A DNA stretch of 64,000 bases from Myxococcota bacterium (GTDB lineage Bacteria > Myxococcota_A > Polyangia > Nannocystales > Nannocystaceae). A program made the position numbers and the translations under genes. Every line of letters begins with the position of its first letter. Positions within the stretch are counted from its first letter, which is position 1. The notes beneath the pieces are model-generated. The model did not search any database. It was not told the origin of the DNA and saw only the letters and a program-made list of their open reading frames with translations. Below, one piece after another: positions 10,393-20,218 of this stretch. The stretch lies in NCBI GenBank assembly GCA_039028615.1, contig JBCCHT010000001.1, forward strand, positions 64,001 to 128,000, in the 5' to 3' direction.

Positions 10393-12261
10393 TCAGGTTC
10401 CGTCGTCGGGCAAGGTCAGCTGCATGCACACCGCGTTGTCGAGCACCGCTCCCGCTTGGAAGTTCGCGGCTTGGCGAACCCCTTGCGCAACCTCGTCGAG
10501 CTCGACGGGACGGAACCCCAAACGAGCGGCGAAGAAGTCGGCGGCCTTCGTCGTGGTCAGGTACACCGTTCGAACACCGAGTGTTCGGGCCAAGCGAAGG
10601 ATGGCATCACCGATGACCCATCCCAGGCCTTGACCTCGACGCTCCGGCTCGACGGCAAGCCCAAAAAGGAACGCATGATCTCCAACCGTCTGCAGACTGA
10701 CCGTCGCCGAGATCCCGGAGTCGGCGTTGCGGACGACCAGGGTCTCGACCGTCTCCGACGCGATCAGCGCGGGAAGCTCGTAACCCTCGAGTAGACCGTC
10801 GATGACGGGCTGATCGGCAGGCGTGCCCAAGGTCACGGGATCACCGAAACCGAGCAGCAAACGATCTCCGAGGCCGCCAAACGCCCCCGAAGAGAGCAGC
10901 ACGACGGTGTCCCCCGGACCGGCTTCGGCGAGCACCGAAGCCTCGAGGTCGTCGATCGATTCGAAGGCCTGAGCCGGCGCGCCCCGAGCCGTGATGGCCC
11001 GCGCCAGCGCGTAGGTGTCGAGTCGCTCCGACTCTTCGACCTTGCCCGGCCGGAACAGCGGCGCGACGTAGACCCGCGTGGCCGCGTCGAAGCTGCTGAC
11101 GAAGCCCTCGGAGAACGCCCGCCGATGCGAGGACGAGCTCCGCGGCTCGAAGCACACGTGCAGGCTCTTTTGCGGATAGCGGCGTCGCAACGCGCGAACG
11201 GTGAGCTGCACCGCGGTGGGGTGATGGGCGAAGTCGGTGATGACGCGGACGCCCTGGGCCAGACCCAGGAACTCCTGGCGTCGCTTCACGCCGCGGAAGT
11301 AGCGAATGGCCTCCCGCAGGGCATCCGGCTCGACCCCCTCGGCCCGGGCCACGGCCGCCGCCGCCAGCACGTTGCCGACGTTGTAGGCGCCGAACAACTG
11401 CATCGAGAACGAGCCCAGGCTCTGGCCGCGCTCGAACATCTCGAACACGGTGCGCCGCGCTCCCGCCCGCGAGCGGACGATGGCGCAGTACTCCACCGAC
11501 TCCACATCGGCGTCGCCGTCGGGCAGGACCCGGTACCGGACGACCCGGCCTGGGCACTGCGCCGCGATGCCCATCGCCTCGGGGCTGTCGGCGTTGACGA
11601 CCAGGTCGCCCTGCGGGTCGATGGTCTGGACGAACTCGGCGAAGGCGGTTCGGACCTCGTCGAGACCCGAGAAGATGTCCGCGTGGTCGAACTCGACTCC
11701 CGTGAGGATCGCTCGCTTCGGCCGGTAATGAAGGAACTTGGACTTCTTGTCGAAGAAGGCGGTGTCGTACTCGTCGCCTTCGAGGACAATTGCCCCACCC
11801 TTCCCCAAGTGGGCACCCGACGTCAGGTTCTGCGGGACCCCGCCGATCAGATAAGAAGGATCGAGCTTGGCGAAGTGGAGGATCCACGCCAGGAGGCTGG
11901 TGGTCGTGGTCTTGCCATGGGTGCCAGCCACCACCAGCGAGTCGCGACCGGGCAGCAGCGCCTCGGCCAGCATGCTGGGGAAGCTGGCCAGGGGAAGGTC
12001 CTTGGCCTGAGCCGCGAGCACCTCGGGATGATCGGAGCGACAGATGTTGCCCACGACCACCCGGTCCGGAGCCCACTCGAGGTTGGACCCGTCGAAGCCT
12101 TCGAACACGGGAATCTCGGCCTGCGCCAGCTGATCGGACATCGGCGGATAGATGGCTCCATCCGACCCGCGAACGTCATGACCGGCTTCCTTGAGCAGCC
12201 GCGCCAGGGCGCCCATGCCGGTCCCGGCGATCCCTATGAAATGGACCTTCAAGGCGCGCAA
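10393..12261 (-). CDS. mpl: Murein peptide ligase Mpl fused to a C-terminal GNAT acetyltransferase domain
   Basis: HFIGIAGTGMGALA, IYPPMSDQL, GTHGKTTTTS, EGDEYDTAFFDKKSKFLHY, EFDHADIF, DFAHHPTAV, FEPRS. The last ~140 aa carry LAVEPERRGQGLG and VYLTTTKAADFF (GNAT). Confidence 0.88.
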   Translation of the reverse strand: MRALKVHFIGIAGTGMGALARLLKEAGHDVRGSDGAIYPPMSDQLAQAEIPVFEGFDGSNLEWAPDRVVVGNICRSDHPEVLAAQAKDLPLASFPSMLAEALLPGRDSLVVAGTHGKTTTTSLLAWILHFAKLDPSYLIGGVPQNLTSGAHLGKGGAIVLEGDEYDTAFFDKKSKFLHYRPKRAILTGVEFDHADIFSGLDEVRTAFAEFVQTIDPQGDLVVNADSPEAMGIAAQCPGRVVRYRVLPDGDADVESVEYCAIVRSRAGARRTVFEMFERGQSLGSFSMQLFGAYNVGNVLAAAAVARAEGVEPDALREAIRYFRGVKRRQEFLGLAQGVRVITDFAHHPTAVQLTVRALRRRYPQKSLHVCFEPRSSSSHRRAFSEGFVSSFDAATRVYVAPLFRPGKVEESERLDTYALARAITARGAPAQAFESIDDLEASVLAEAGPGDTVVLLSSGAFGGLGDRLLLGFGDPVTLGTPADQPVIDGLLEGYELPALIASETVETLVVRNADSGISATVSLQTVGDHAFLFGLAVEPERRGQGLGWVIGDAILRLARTLGVRTVYLTTTKAADFFAARLGFRPVELDEVAQGVRQAANFQAGAVLDNAVCMQLTLPDDGT

Positions 12262-12556
12262 GGATGTCCCTGTGGGGTGGGTGGGTCAACCCGGAGTACC
12301 CCCCCTCACAGCGGCCCAAATTATCGCACCTGGTGGCGCCGAGAACCGGCCTCGGTGTTCAACGAGCAGGGCGTTTTCGTCCCTCATCGTGCCAGGAGAA
12401 ATGCAATTGGGGCATTTTCACCCACTGTTCTTTCATGCATCAAATAGCGTAAACGTCACACTCCCTACGCGGGATTTCGCCAAGACGGCCCACCGGCCCC
12501 CTGCTAGGGTTGAAGTCGAAGTGGGTGGGGATTCAGAAACGGCGTCCAAGCCGGGT

Positions 12557-12940
12557 ATGGACCGCGGTCTGGGCGAAGGCCGCCAACACTTCCGCACTTC
12601 ACGCAAAGTACGGTGGCCCGTGGACTTCGAGGTCATCGGACGGGTGCCCGACATCGAGCCCGGCCGCCAGACGGCCGAGACCCGCGGCGTCAGCCTGGGT
12701 GGCGCATTCATCGCCCACCTATGGCCCCCACCCGTCGAAACGGACCTTCATCTGTGGCTTTTCCCCCACCAGCCGGCGGCCGGCCGCGGCAGCGCGCTGC
12801 GCCTCCGGGCCCAAGTTCGGTGGATCAACGAGGCCGCGGGCGCCCTCCCCGTGGGGTTTGGCGTCCAGTTCCGCGCACTAACCGCCGCCGATGAAGTCAT
12901 CCTGCACAGCAGTTTTTCAAGGTCTGCAAAGGTGGTATGA
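12557..12940 (+). CDS. PilZ domain protein (second motif degenerate)
   Basis: RQHFR (RxxxR), GVSLGGAFI, AQVRW...GFGVQF. ATG at 12557. Confidence 0.75.
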   Translation: MDRGLGEGRQHFRTSRKVRWPVDFEVIGRVPDIEPGRQTAETRGVSLGGAFIAHLWPPPVETDLHLWLFPHQPAAGRGSALRLRAQVRWINEAAGALPVGFGVQFRALTAADEVILHSSFSRSAKVV

Positions 12941-12943
12941 CCG

Positions 12944-13312
12944 ATGAGCCTCATGATGTCGGGTGAGCACACAATCACTGACGAGCGCCGACATAAACCG
13001 CGTTCGCTCGTTTCAGTTTCGCTTCGAATGTACGCCACGAATCGCCGGCTCTTGATGCGAGCGCGCACCGTCGACCTCTCGACTTCCGGCGCTCTCGTTC
13101 ATGGATCCGGCCCACTTCGGGTCGGCCAGACGGTCGATATCGAAGTCGCCCGCGGCCTCGCTCGCAACCCGCTGACGCTCCAAGCCGAAGTGGTTCGCAT
13201 CGCGACTCCGAACGAGCAACGCAAACAACACGGCGTCGCCCTTCGCTTCATCGACGTCAGTGCGATCGACGAAGCGATCATCGAGTCGATCATCAACAGC
13301 GCGCGCGGCTGA
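12944..13312 (+). CDS. PilZ domain protein
   Basis: ERRHKPR (RxxxR), DLSTSG (DxSxxG), AEVVR...GVALRF. Confidence 0.85.
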   Translation: MSLMMSGEHTITDERRHKPRSLVSVSLRMYATNRRLLMRARTVDLSTSGALVHGSGPLRVGQTVDIEVARGLARNPLTLQAEVVRIATPNEQRKQHGVALRFIDVSAIDEAIIESIINSARG

Positions 13313-13425
13313 ACCGTCGCCCCCTTCTCGGCGCCCGGCGCCGGGCTCACTCAGGACGCCGCGTGGCTCATCGCCCGCGGCGCCGCTGATTTCGAACCGG
13401 GGCTGCGCTTCCCGTTGGTGCCAAA

Positions 13426-15207
13426 TCAAGCCGGCGTCGCCGGCGACTGCTGTTGGGATTGTGCGTACTGCCGCGCCCACGCCCACACGCACATGACGGC
13501 GGCCGGAGTCATCCCCGGGATCCGAGCCGCTTGTCCCGTGCTGCGCGGGCGGACGTCCAGCAGACGCTGGGCCGCCTCGTGGGTCAGCCCGGGCAAGCCG
13601 CGGTAGTCGAGGTCGGCGGGCAGCGGCAGGTCGGCCCCCTCCCCTCGCAGCCGAGCCACCTCGGTCTGCATGCGACCGGCATAGCCCGCGTAAAGGTGCT
13701 GCGCTCGAGCCCGGGCCAGCATCCACTCGGGGGCCTCGCCGTCGATGGGCTTTTTGCGTCGCAGCCGCTCCACCAGCGCTTCGACCCGCTCGGCCCGCGC
13801 CTGTGCTCGCGCATGGCGAGCTTCGCTGACCAACCCCGCCGCGAACGCCAGCGCGTCCAGGCGTCGGTCCGCGTTGTCTTCGCGAAGCAGGATTCGATAC
13901 TCCGCGCGCGAGGTGAACATGCGATAGGGCTCGTCGCAGCCTTGCGTGACCAGGTCGTCGACCAGCACGCCCAGGTAGCCCTGTTCGCGCGACACCGTCA
14001 GCGGCTCGCGCTCCTGCAGCTCGAGCGCCGCGTTGGTCCCCGCCAGCAGCCCCTGCGCCCCGGCTTCTTCGTAGCCCGAGGTGCCGTTGACCTGCCCCGC
14101 GAAGAACAGGCCCGCGATGTCCTTGGCCGCCAGGCGATGGTCGAGCGCGCGGGCATCGACGGCGTCGTACTCCACCGCGTAGCCCGGCCGCAGCATCACC
14201 GCCTGCTCGAGCCCGGGGATGGTGGCGACCATCTTCACCTGGACCTCGGCGGGCAGGCTGGTCGAGATCCCGTTGGGATAGACGCTGTGCGTGTCGAGTC
14301 CCTCCGGCTCCAAAAACACCTGGTGCTTTTCGCGGTGGGCGAAGCGAACGATCTTGTCCTCGACCGAGGGGCAGTAGCGCGGCCCTCGGCCTTCGATCTG
14401 CCCCGAGTACATCGGCGACTCGTGCAGGTGCTCGCGGATGAGGTCGTGCGTGCGCGCGTTGGTCCAGGTCAGGTGGCAGTCGACCTGAGGCAGCAGCGGC
14501 GGCGGTGGCTCGACGTCGTCCGGCAAGGTGAAGCGCGGGACCGGCTCCTCCGTGGGCTGGAGCTCGAGTTCGGTCGTATCGATGGTGCGCCCGTCCAGGC
14601 GCGGCGGCGTGCCGGTCTTGAGCCGACGCAGGGCGAAGCCCAGCGCGCCGAGCTGCTGCGACAGACCGGTGGCGGGCGCCTCTCCGACCCGCCCCCCCGG
14701 GATCCGCGAGGACCCCGTGTGCAGGATGCCGCCGAGGAAGGTGCCCGTGGTCACCACCACCGCGTCGCCGCGGATCTCCGAGCCGTCGTCCAGCCGGACG
14801 CCGTCGACGGTGCTGCGCCCGGCCCCCTCGCGCACGCACACGCCGTGCACCAGGCCCTGCACCACCTCGACCCCGGGGTGCTCGAGCAATGCGGCGCGCG
14901 CGTACTCGCCGTAGCGTTGCTTGTCGACCTGAGCGCGGGTCGCCCGGACCGCGGGGCCCTTGCTGCGGTTGAGGATCCGGGCATGGATGGCGCACGCATC
15001 GGCCGCCCGCCCCATGAAGCCGCCGAGGGCGTCGATCTCGGCGACGAGATGGCCCTTGGCCACGCCGCCGACGGAGGGGTTGCACGGCGTCTGGCCGATC
15101 GTATCGATCCGCCCCGTCACCACGATCACCCGGGCCCCCACCCGAGCGGCAGCGAAGGCCGCTTCCAGGCCCGCGTGCCCGCCTCCAACGACGATGACCG
15201 TACGCAT
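13426..15207 (-). CDS. mnmG: tRNA uridine 5-carboxymethylaminomethyl modification enzyme MnmG/GidA
   Basis: [80 protein letters not shown] at 15207. Confidence 0.95.
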   Translation of the reverse strand: MRTVIVVGGGHAGLEAAFAAARVGARVIVVTGRIDTIGQTPCNPSVGGVAKGHLVAEIDALGGFMGRAADACAIHARILNRSKGPAVRATRAQVDKQRYGEYARAALLEHPGVEVVQGLVHGVCVREGAGRSTVDGVRLDDGSEIRGDAVVVTTGTFLGGILHTGSSRIPGGRVGEAPATGLSQQLGALGFALRRLKTGTPPRLDGRTIDTTELELQPTEEPVPRFTLPDDVEPPPPLLPQVDCHLTWTNARTHDLIREHLHESPMYSGQIEGRGPRYCPSVEDKIVRFAHREKHQVFLEPEGLDTHSVYPNGISTSLPAEVQVKMVATIPGLEQAVMLRPGYAVEYDAVDARALDHRLAAKDIAGLFFAGQVNGTSGYEEAGAQGLLAGTNAALELQEREPLTVSREQGYLGVLVDDLVTQGCDEPYRMFTSRAEYRILLREDNADRRLDALAFAAGLVSEARHARAQARAERVEALVERLRRKKPIDGEAPEWMLARARAQHLYAGYAGRMQTEVARLRGEGADLPLPADLDYRGLPGLTHEAAQRLLDVRPRSTGQAARIPGMTPAAVMCVWAWARQYAQSQQQSPATPA

Positions 15208-15232
15208 CGGTCGGCTCTTGTACCATGCCGCC

Positions 15233-16810
15233 ATGAAGCACGAGGGAGCACCCGGTATGGTCTCGATCGTGGGTGGGGGACCCGGGGATCCGGAGCTTCT
15301 CACCCTGGCCGGCAAGCGGCGCCTGGCCCGGGCCGACGTGGTGATTGCGGACTACCTGGCCAACCCCGCGCTGCTCGTGCACTGCCCCGACGACGTCCAG
15401 ATCTACCAGCGCACGGTGGGGCCGCGCGGCTATCGACCCGCGCGGGAGGGCGCCTTGCGCCAGCCGGACATCGAGCGACTGATGGTGGAGCACGCCCGCC
15501 GCGGCCAGCGAGTGGTCCGGCTCAAGGGTGGCGACCCGTGCCTGTTCGGGCGGGGTGGTGAAGAGGCCCAGACCCTGCGCGCGGCCGGCATCCCCTACGA
15601 GTTCGTGCCCGGCGTCAGTGCGCCCATCGCCGCGCCCGAGGCGGCCGGCATCCCCGTCACCCACCGCCACTTCACCCCCGCCGTCACCTTCGTCTCGGGC
15701 TGGGAGGCCTACGAAAAGGCGGGGCAGCAGGTCGCGTGGGAACACCTCGCCAAGTCGGCCGGCACCCTGGTGCTGATGATGTCGATCCGCAACGCGCGGG
15801 CCAACGCGCAGCGGCTGGTCGACTCCGGTCGTGACGCCTCGACCCCGGCCGCGATCGTGCGCTGGGGAACGCGCGGGATCCAAAAGACCGTCGTGGGCAC
15901 GCTCGCGGACATCGCCGACCGCATCGAGGCCGAGGGCATTCGCCCGCCCGCCGTGCTGGTCGTCGGCGAGGTCGTCGGCTTGCGCGAGGAGATCGGTTGG
16001 GTCGAGCAACGCCCGCTGTTCGGGCGCCGCGTCGTCGTCACCCGCTCCGCCGAGCAGTCGGCCGGGTTGGTCCTGGCCCTGTCCTCGCATGGCGCCGACG
16101 CGGTCGTGTTTCCCTGCCTGGGCGTCGCCCCGCCCGAGGATCCGCAGGCACTGGACGCCGCCGTGCGTAGCCTGGGCGACCACGATGGGCTCATGCTCTC
16201 GAGCCCCAACGGGGTGCGGGCGTGGTTCGATGCCATGGACGCGGCCGACCTGGATGCGCGTGCGCTGGCCGGGACCACCGTCGCCGTCATCGGATCGGGC
16301 ACCGCGGCCGCATGCCGCACGCGAGGGGTCATCGCCGACCTCGTGCCCGGTCGGGCGCGCGCCGAAGGGCTCGTCGATCTGCTGCGCGAGCGCGAGCTGC
16401 TCGGCTCCCGCTGGCTGCACGTGCGGGCCGACGAGGGGCGAGCCTTGATCGGCGAGGCGATCGAAGCGGCCGGCGGCCAGTATCGGCTGGTGACCGGCTA
16501 CCGCACCATTCGACCCGAGGTGCCGCGGCGGATGCTGAACTCGCTCAACGCGGTCGAGGCCGGGGGTGAAGGCTTCGACGCGGTGACCTTCGCCAGCGGC
16601 AAGGCGGCGCGTCACTTCATGCAGACGCTCGGGGAAGGGCTCGGGGACGAGGTCGCGAAGCAGCGAGTGGCCGCGGCCAAGGTGGTGTGCCGCGGACCGG
16701 TGACGACGGCTGCCGTCGAAGCGATGGGACTACGGGTCGACGCCACCGCCGACGCGACGACGGACGATGCCGTCGTCGACGCGCTACGCTCGGTGCTCGA
16801 GCCGAGCTGA
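15233..16810 (+). CDS. cobA: Uroporphyrinogen-III C-methyltransferase / uroporphyrinogen-III synthase fusion (CobA/HemD)
   Basis: [36 protein letters not shown], then [19 protein letters not shown] and VTFASG (HemD). Confidence 0.92.
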   Translation: MKHEGAPGMVSIVGGGPGDPELLTLAGKRRLARADVVIADYLANPALLVHCPDDVQIYQRTVGPRGYRPAREGALRQPDIERLMVEHARRGQRVVRLKGGDPCLFGRGGEEAQTLRAAGIPYEFVPGVSAPIAAPEAAGIPVTHRHFTPAVTFVSGWEAYEKAGQQVAWEHLAKSAGTLVLMMSIRNARANAQRLVDSGRDASTPAAIVRWGTRGIQKTVVGTLADIADRIEAEGIRPPAVLVVGEVVGLREEIGWVEQRPLFGRRVVVTRSAEQSAGLVLALSSHGADAVVFPCLGVAPPEDPQALDAAVRSLGDHDGLMLSSPNGVRAWFDAMDAADLDARALAGTTVAVIGSGTAAACRTRGVIADLVPGRARAEGLVDLLRERELLGSRWLHVRADEGRALIGEAIEAAGGQYRLVTGYRTIRPEVPRRMLNSLNAVEAGGEGFDAVTFASGKAARHFMQTLGEGLGDEVAKQRVAAAKVVCRGPVTTAAVEAMGLRVDATADATTDDAVVDALRSVLEPS

Positions 16811-16850
16811 GCGCGCCAGCATCGCGCGCCCAGCTGCACAGCCGCGCCCC

Positions 16851-17300
16851 TCAGCCGTTGGAGAACGGCAGGGACGAGTGGTGCAGCACGATCTTCATGC
16901 TGCTCTCGATGAGATAGCCGAAGGTGTACTCGACCTTCACGACGCCCCCGTCGGGCTGCGTGAAGTAGTAGTTGCCCATCGCGATCGCGACATTGCCATG
17001 GGCCTGAATCGTGGAGTTGATGAACTTGACGTCGATCCACGGAGCGATCGCGAAGCCCTTGTCCTCGGGGAAGTCGTCGTTGCCCCCCACGAAGTAGGAC
17101 AGTGCCCCTTCGAAGGTCGGGCGGAACTGGCGGAACTCGCACTTCGTCGGCTTGAAGTGCACCGTCTGATCGCCGTAGGCGTAGAGCTCTTTGATGTGCT
17201 CCGTGGCCCGGCCGACGTAGTCGCCCCCGTTGGTCAACTCGGCACCGATTTCGACGATGCCATCACCCCATTTTTTCTGTGCTTTATGAACGAGATCCAT
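16851..17300 (-). CDS. COG4337-type (iota-class, metal-independent-type) carbonic anhydrase homolog
   Basis: FKPTK, FRPTFEGALSYFVGG, EDKGFAIAPW, AIAMGNYYF, VKVEYTFGY and C-terminal LHHSSLP. ATG at 17300; no signal peptide. Confidence 0.75.
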   Translation of the reverse strand: MDLVHKAQKKWGDGIVEIGAELTNGGDYVGRATEHIKELYAYGDQTVHFKPTKCEFRQFRPTFEGALSYFVGGNDDFPEDKGFAIAPWIDVKFINSTIQAHGNVAIAMGNYYFTQPDGGVVKVEYTFGYLIESSMKIVLHHSSLPFSNG

Positions 17301-17312
17301 ACGCCGAGATGC

Positions 17313-17327
17313 TGCACTCGAGTCGCA
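17313..17327. promoter_or_regulatory. Degenerate TGCAA-N5-TTGCA box upstream of the CA gene
   Basis: TGCAC-TCGAG-TCGCA (8/10 arm positions), 13 nt upstream of the ATG at 17300. Confidence 0.4.
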
Positions 17328-17440
17328 CTGTTTGCAAATGGCAATCCCGTCGCGCTCGACACATTCACTGACTCGAACCACGAACTATCGAGCGGATCAT
17401 CGCGGCATGATCCGAGCGTGAGCCCACCCCACGTGGGAGT

Positions 17441-17671
17441 TCATCGTTCGTTCTCAGCGGGTGCCAGCGCTGCGATGTTCGCCAGCAGCCACGCCGATGC
17501 CGCCATGAGCTGCAGCCAGTCCCCGGTGCCGTTGAGCCCATAGACGAGCACGCTGCCGATCCAGCACAGGCTCGCCACCGTCTGGCCCAGCCATTCGACG
17601 CGGAGCGCCTTGGTGGGGATGCGAATCTGCGTACGAGGCGAGTCACGCCCTTCACCGCGACTGGTCAACAC
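17441..17671 (-). CDS. Small two-TM membrane protein
   Basis: EWLGQTVASLCWIGSVLVYG..GDWLQLMAASAWLLANIAAL. GTG/TTG starts overlap the upstream gene's TGA. Confidence 0.55.
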   Translation of the reverse strand: MLTSRGEGRDSPRTQIRIPTKALRVEWLGQTVASLCWIGSVLVYGLNGTGDWLQLMAASAWLLANIAALAPAENER

Positions 17672-18795
17672 AAGCACTCTTCTCCACATACAGAGAGATC
17701 ATCGAGGTACATACCCCAATGCCGATATTTCTCGAGCCCCTGTGCTGCCAGCCCCAGTGAAGTCGCAATCGCCTTGACGACGATGGCGAAGCGTTGACGA
17801 TACTTATAGATGAAGCAGAACACATGATTGTCGTGACGGACGGCTGGACCGCATAGGAATAATCCGGGCACGATCGTCGACTCGTCGTGTTGGTTCAGCA
17901 ATGGAAAACCATCGCCACGAGGCTCGAACAAGTCCGCGACCAGTCGATGGCTTCCGCGGAACCCTCCGGCCAGGATCGGCGGCACGGGGGTACGAAAGCA
18001 CTGACCGTCCTTCGCCGTGACTTCATGGTAGCTGTCGGTGCGAGTGACCGAGATGATCGGAGTGTCGGAAAGCAGCCGCACGTACTCTCTGAACCAGGGC
18101 TCGCGCATCCGCTCGAGCGAGTACGTGGACAGCGAGACGCTCGGGTCCGAGGTCTTCGCCTCCCACGGGCACCCGGCGTCGAACAGGCGGACCCGCTTGT
18201 CGCGATCCGCGAGGTGGTAGGCGGCATCGATGCCGCTCTCGTACCCCCCGATGACGATGAAGTCCTCCCCTTCCAGCTCGGCGTAGCTGGGGATCGTGGC
18301 CGTGTGCCGACACAGCTCGCTCCCCTGGAAGCCACCGACCTGGGGATACTGAAACTCCCCCGCCGCCCAGACCACGTGCTTGGCCCGAAGCGTCTCCTCG
18401 TCCGTGTCGACCCGGAAGTCCTCACCGACCTTGGTGATGCGTAGGACCTCCGTGTTGGTGCGGACGGGCAGCTCGTAGTGACGCGCCACCGCGTTGAGGT
18501 GGACCGCATACTCTTCACCCGTCGGATGCTCCACCCCGAGGATGAACGCGGGCGAAGTCCCGAGCGCCACCGCGTTGAGATCGAGCATCCCGATCGAGTT
18601 GGTCGGGAACGACGGCGTGATGAAGCACGTCTCCGCCGGCCACAGGGCGAACGACGCCCCGATCATCAGTCGCTCGAGCACGACGAAGTTGTCGATCCCC
18701 GCGTGCCGAAGCGCGGCCCCGACCCCCACGCCTGCCGCACCGCCCCCCACGACGACCACGTCGTAGACGTGCGGCTGACTCGAGGTGCCGCTCAT
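17665..18795 (-). CDS. NAD(P)/FAD-dependent oxidoreductase (Pyr_redox_3-like) with Cys-rich C-terminus
   Basis: DVVVVGGGAAG, ITPSFPTNSIGMLDLN, WAAGEFQYP, IGGYESGIDAAY, FCFIYKYRQRF, MYLDDLSVCGEECLC. ATG at 18795. Confidence 0.85.
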   Translation of the reverse strand: MSGTSSQPHVYDVVVVGGGAAGVGVGAALRHAGIDNFVVLERLMIGASFALWPAETCFITPSFPTNSIGMLDLNAVALGTSPAFILGVEHPTGEEYAVHLNAVARHYELPVRTNTEVLRITKVGEDFRVDTDEETLRAKHVVWAAGEFQYPQVGGFQGSELCRHTATIPSYAELEGEDFIVIGGYESGIDAAYHLADRDKRVRLFDAGCPWEAKTSDPSVSLSTYSLERMREPWFREYVRLLSDTPIISVTRTDSYHEVTAKDGQCFRTPVPPILAGGFRGSHRLVADLFEPRGDGFPLLNQHDESTIVPGLFLCGPAVRHDNHVFCFIYKYRQRFAIVVKAIATSLGLAAQGLEKYRHWGMYLDDLSVCGEECLC

Positions 18796-18906
18796 CGGAG
18801 CTCCTGGGCCGCGTGACGCCGAGGGGTCGCCGAACGACGCGTCACGGTGCGCGGACGGTGGTTTCTGTCGTCGGGACGGGTCATGGCGGCTGACCGGTTC
18901 TTTATA

Positions 18907-18938
18907 TGCAATACCGTTGCAGGTGCAAGTCAATTTCA
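18907..18938. promoter_or_regulatory. Tandem TGCAA-N5-TTGCA palindromes (putative Zur/Fur-family operator) over a sigma70-like promoter
   Basis: TGCAA-TACCG-TTGCA (18907-18921) and TGCAA-GTCAA-TTTCA (18924-18938) in an AT-rich patch. Minus strand reads TTGCAC-N16-TATAAA. Confidence 0.65.
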
Positions 18939-19014
18939 GTTACGTTTTTCCAAGACCGGGCCGGAGGCGTGCACGCCCGGACGCTCCTCGGTCGACCTCT
19001 CGAGCATGTCGGAG

Positions 19015-19689
19015 ATGAAGGGCCACGAACGGATCGGTCGCGGCCTCGACATCGCGGTGGCGGCGACCGTCGCGAACGTCGGCTGCGATCTTCTGCTTCA
19101 CTCTGGGCCGTCCGCCGGCGCAGACATCAGCGACACCGCCTTCCTGCTGCCGGCGCTCGCCTCCCTTCCGGTTTGGCGGGTGGGGCTCGGCGCAGGCCTC
19201 GGGCTCGTGTTCATCAGCAGCTGGTTGCTCACCGCGCCTGCGCTGTTCGTCCTGCTCCGGGGTGTCCGCCCGTGGGTGCGCGACGCCGTGATGTCGAGCC
19301 TGGCCGTGTTCACCGTCTCGAGTGCCGCGTTTCACGGGTCCTATGCCGTGAGCGCAGCCGCGGGGAGGCTGGTCGGCGCCGAAGCACTCGACCCCGCGAC
19401 GTCGGCCGCGACGATCGAGACTGCGATGATGGCCATCATCGTTCCCATGATGGGCTCGTTGTTCGTGTTGTCTGCCTTGCTCGCCGGCTCGATTCTCGGC
19501 GGTCGAACGGCCATGCCGCGCTGGACCGCCGCTGCGTCCCCGCTCCTGTTCGCCTCGCTTCCCCCGATGCTGGCGTCACTGCTCCCCGCCCCCTGGGGCG
19601 GCACCGTCGCGATCGCAGCGTCCACCGCCGGACTCGCCGGCTTCCTGGTGTTCCTCCGTTCCTGTTGGCGTCGATACGGGCGCGGTTGA
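19015..19689 (+). CDS. Multi-pass membrane protein (DUF6796-like), function unknown
   Basis: About 6 hydrophobic segments, GCDLLLH, FHGSY, GRTAMPRW. GGAG precedes the ATG at 19015. Confidence 0.6.
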   Translation: MKGHERIGRGLDIAVAATVANVGCDLLLHSGPSAGADISDTAFLLPALASLPVWRVGLGAGLGLVFISSWLLTAPALFVLLRGVRPWVRDAVMSSLAVFTVSSAAFHGSYAVSAAAGRLVGAEALDPATSAATIETAMMAIIVPMMGSLFVLSALLAGSILGGRTAMPRWTAAASPLLFASLPPMLASLLPAPWGGTVAIAASTAGLAGFLVFLRSCWRRYGRG

Positions 19690-19725
19690 AGCGGCCTGAC
19701 ACGTGCGCGTCCCTGCCCCCAACGC

Positions 19726-19781
19726 CGAGACCCCGGCCTCGTTCGAGGCTCGGGGTCTCGTGGTCTCGTGGTCTCGTGGTC
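19726..19781. terminator. Strong hairpin plus GGTCTCGT tandem repeat between convergent genes
   Basis: CGAGACCCCG-GCCTCG-TT-CGAGGC-T-CGGGGTCTCG (19726-19760). GGTCTCGT repeats 3.5 times (19754-19781). Confidence 0.65.
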
Positions 19782-19783
19782 GT

Positions 19784-20218
19784 TCAGCGGAACAGCAGCA
19801 GGGCCGAGAAGGCCAGCGCCAAGATGGCGTAGAACTCGGGGAAGACCGCCAGCAGCATGGCCTGAGCGACGCCCATGCGGTCCTGGTTGATGCTCTTGAT
19901 GCCCGCCGCACAGACGGCGCCCTGGTACCAGCCCGAGACCAGGCAGGCGATGCCCGTGAGGAGGCCGCAGGCGAACACGGTGAGGAAGCGGCCCTCCTCG
20001 AGCGCGGTGAGGCACAGGAAGCCGACCGCGAAGCTGTACAGGCCCTGGGTGCCGGGGAGCACCGAGACCGCGATGCCTTCGCTGCGCTTTTCGTTTCGCA
20101 TGCCGCACGCGGCACTGCCCGCGACCGACAAGCCGATGGCCGAGCCGGCCAGTCCCAAACCCAAGGTCCCGAGGCCTAGATAGGCCAGGACCGAACCCAG
20201 TGTGATTTCCACCATCAT
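19784..20218 (-). CDS. ntpK: V-type ATPase subunit K (c-ring, 4 TM)
   Basis: GSAIG, LPGTQGLY, WYQG, FPEFYAILAL. ATG overlaps the subunit I stop. Confidence 0.9.
   Translation of the reverse strand: MMVEITLGSVLAYLGLGTLGLGLAGSAIGLSVAGSAACGMRNEKRSEGIAVSVLPGTQGLYSFAVGFLCLTALEEGRFLTVFACGLLTGIACLVSGWYQGAVCAAGIKSINQDRMGVAQAMLLAVFPEFYAILALAFSALLLFR

Noticed and set aside
13013..16615. 1200-aa minus-strand ORF and many other long overlapping ORFs (e.g. 5063-7687, 37824-39803, 43570-45543)
   Set aside because: Shadow frames of real genes in high-GC DNA; Arg/Gly/Pro-rich with no motifs.
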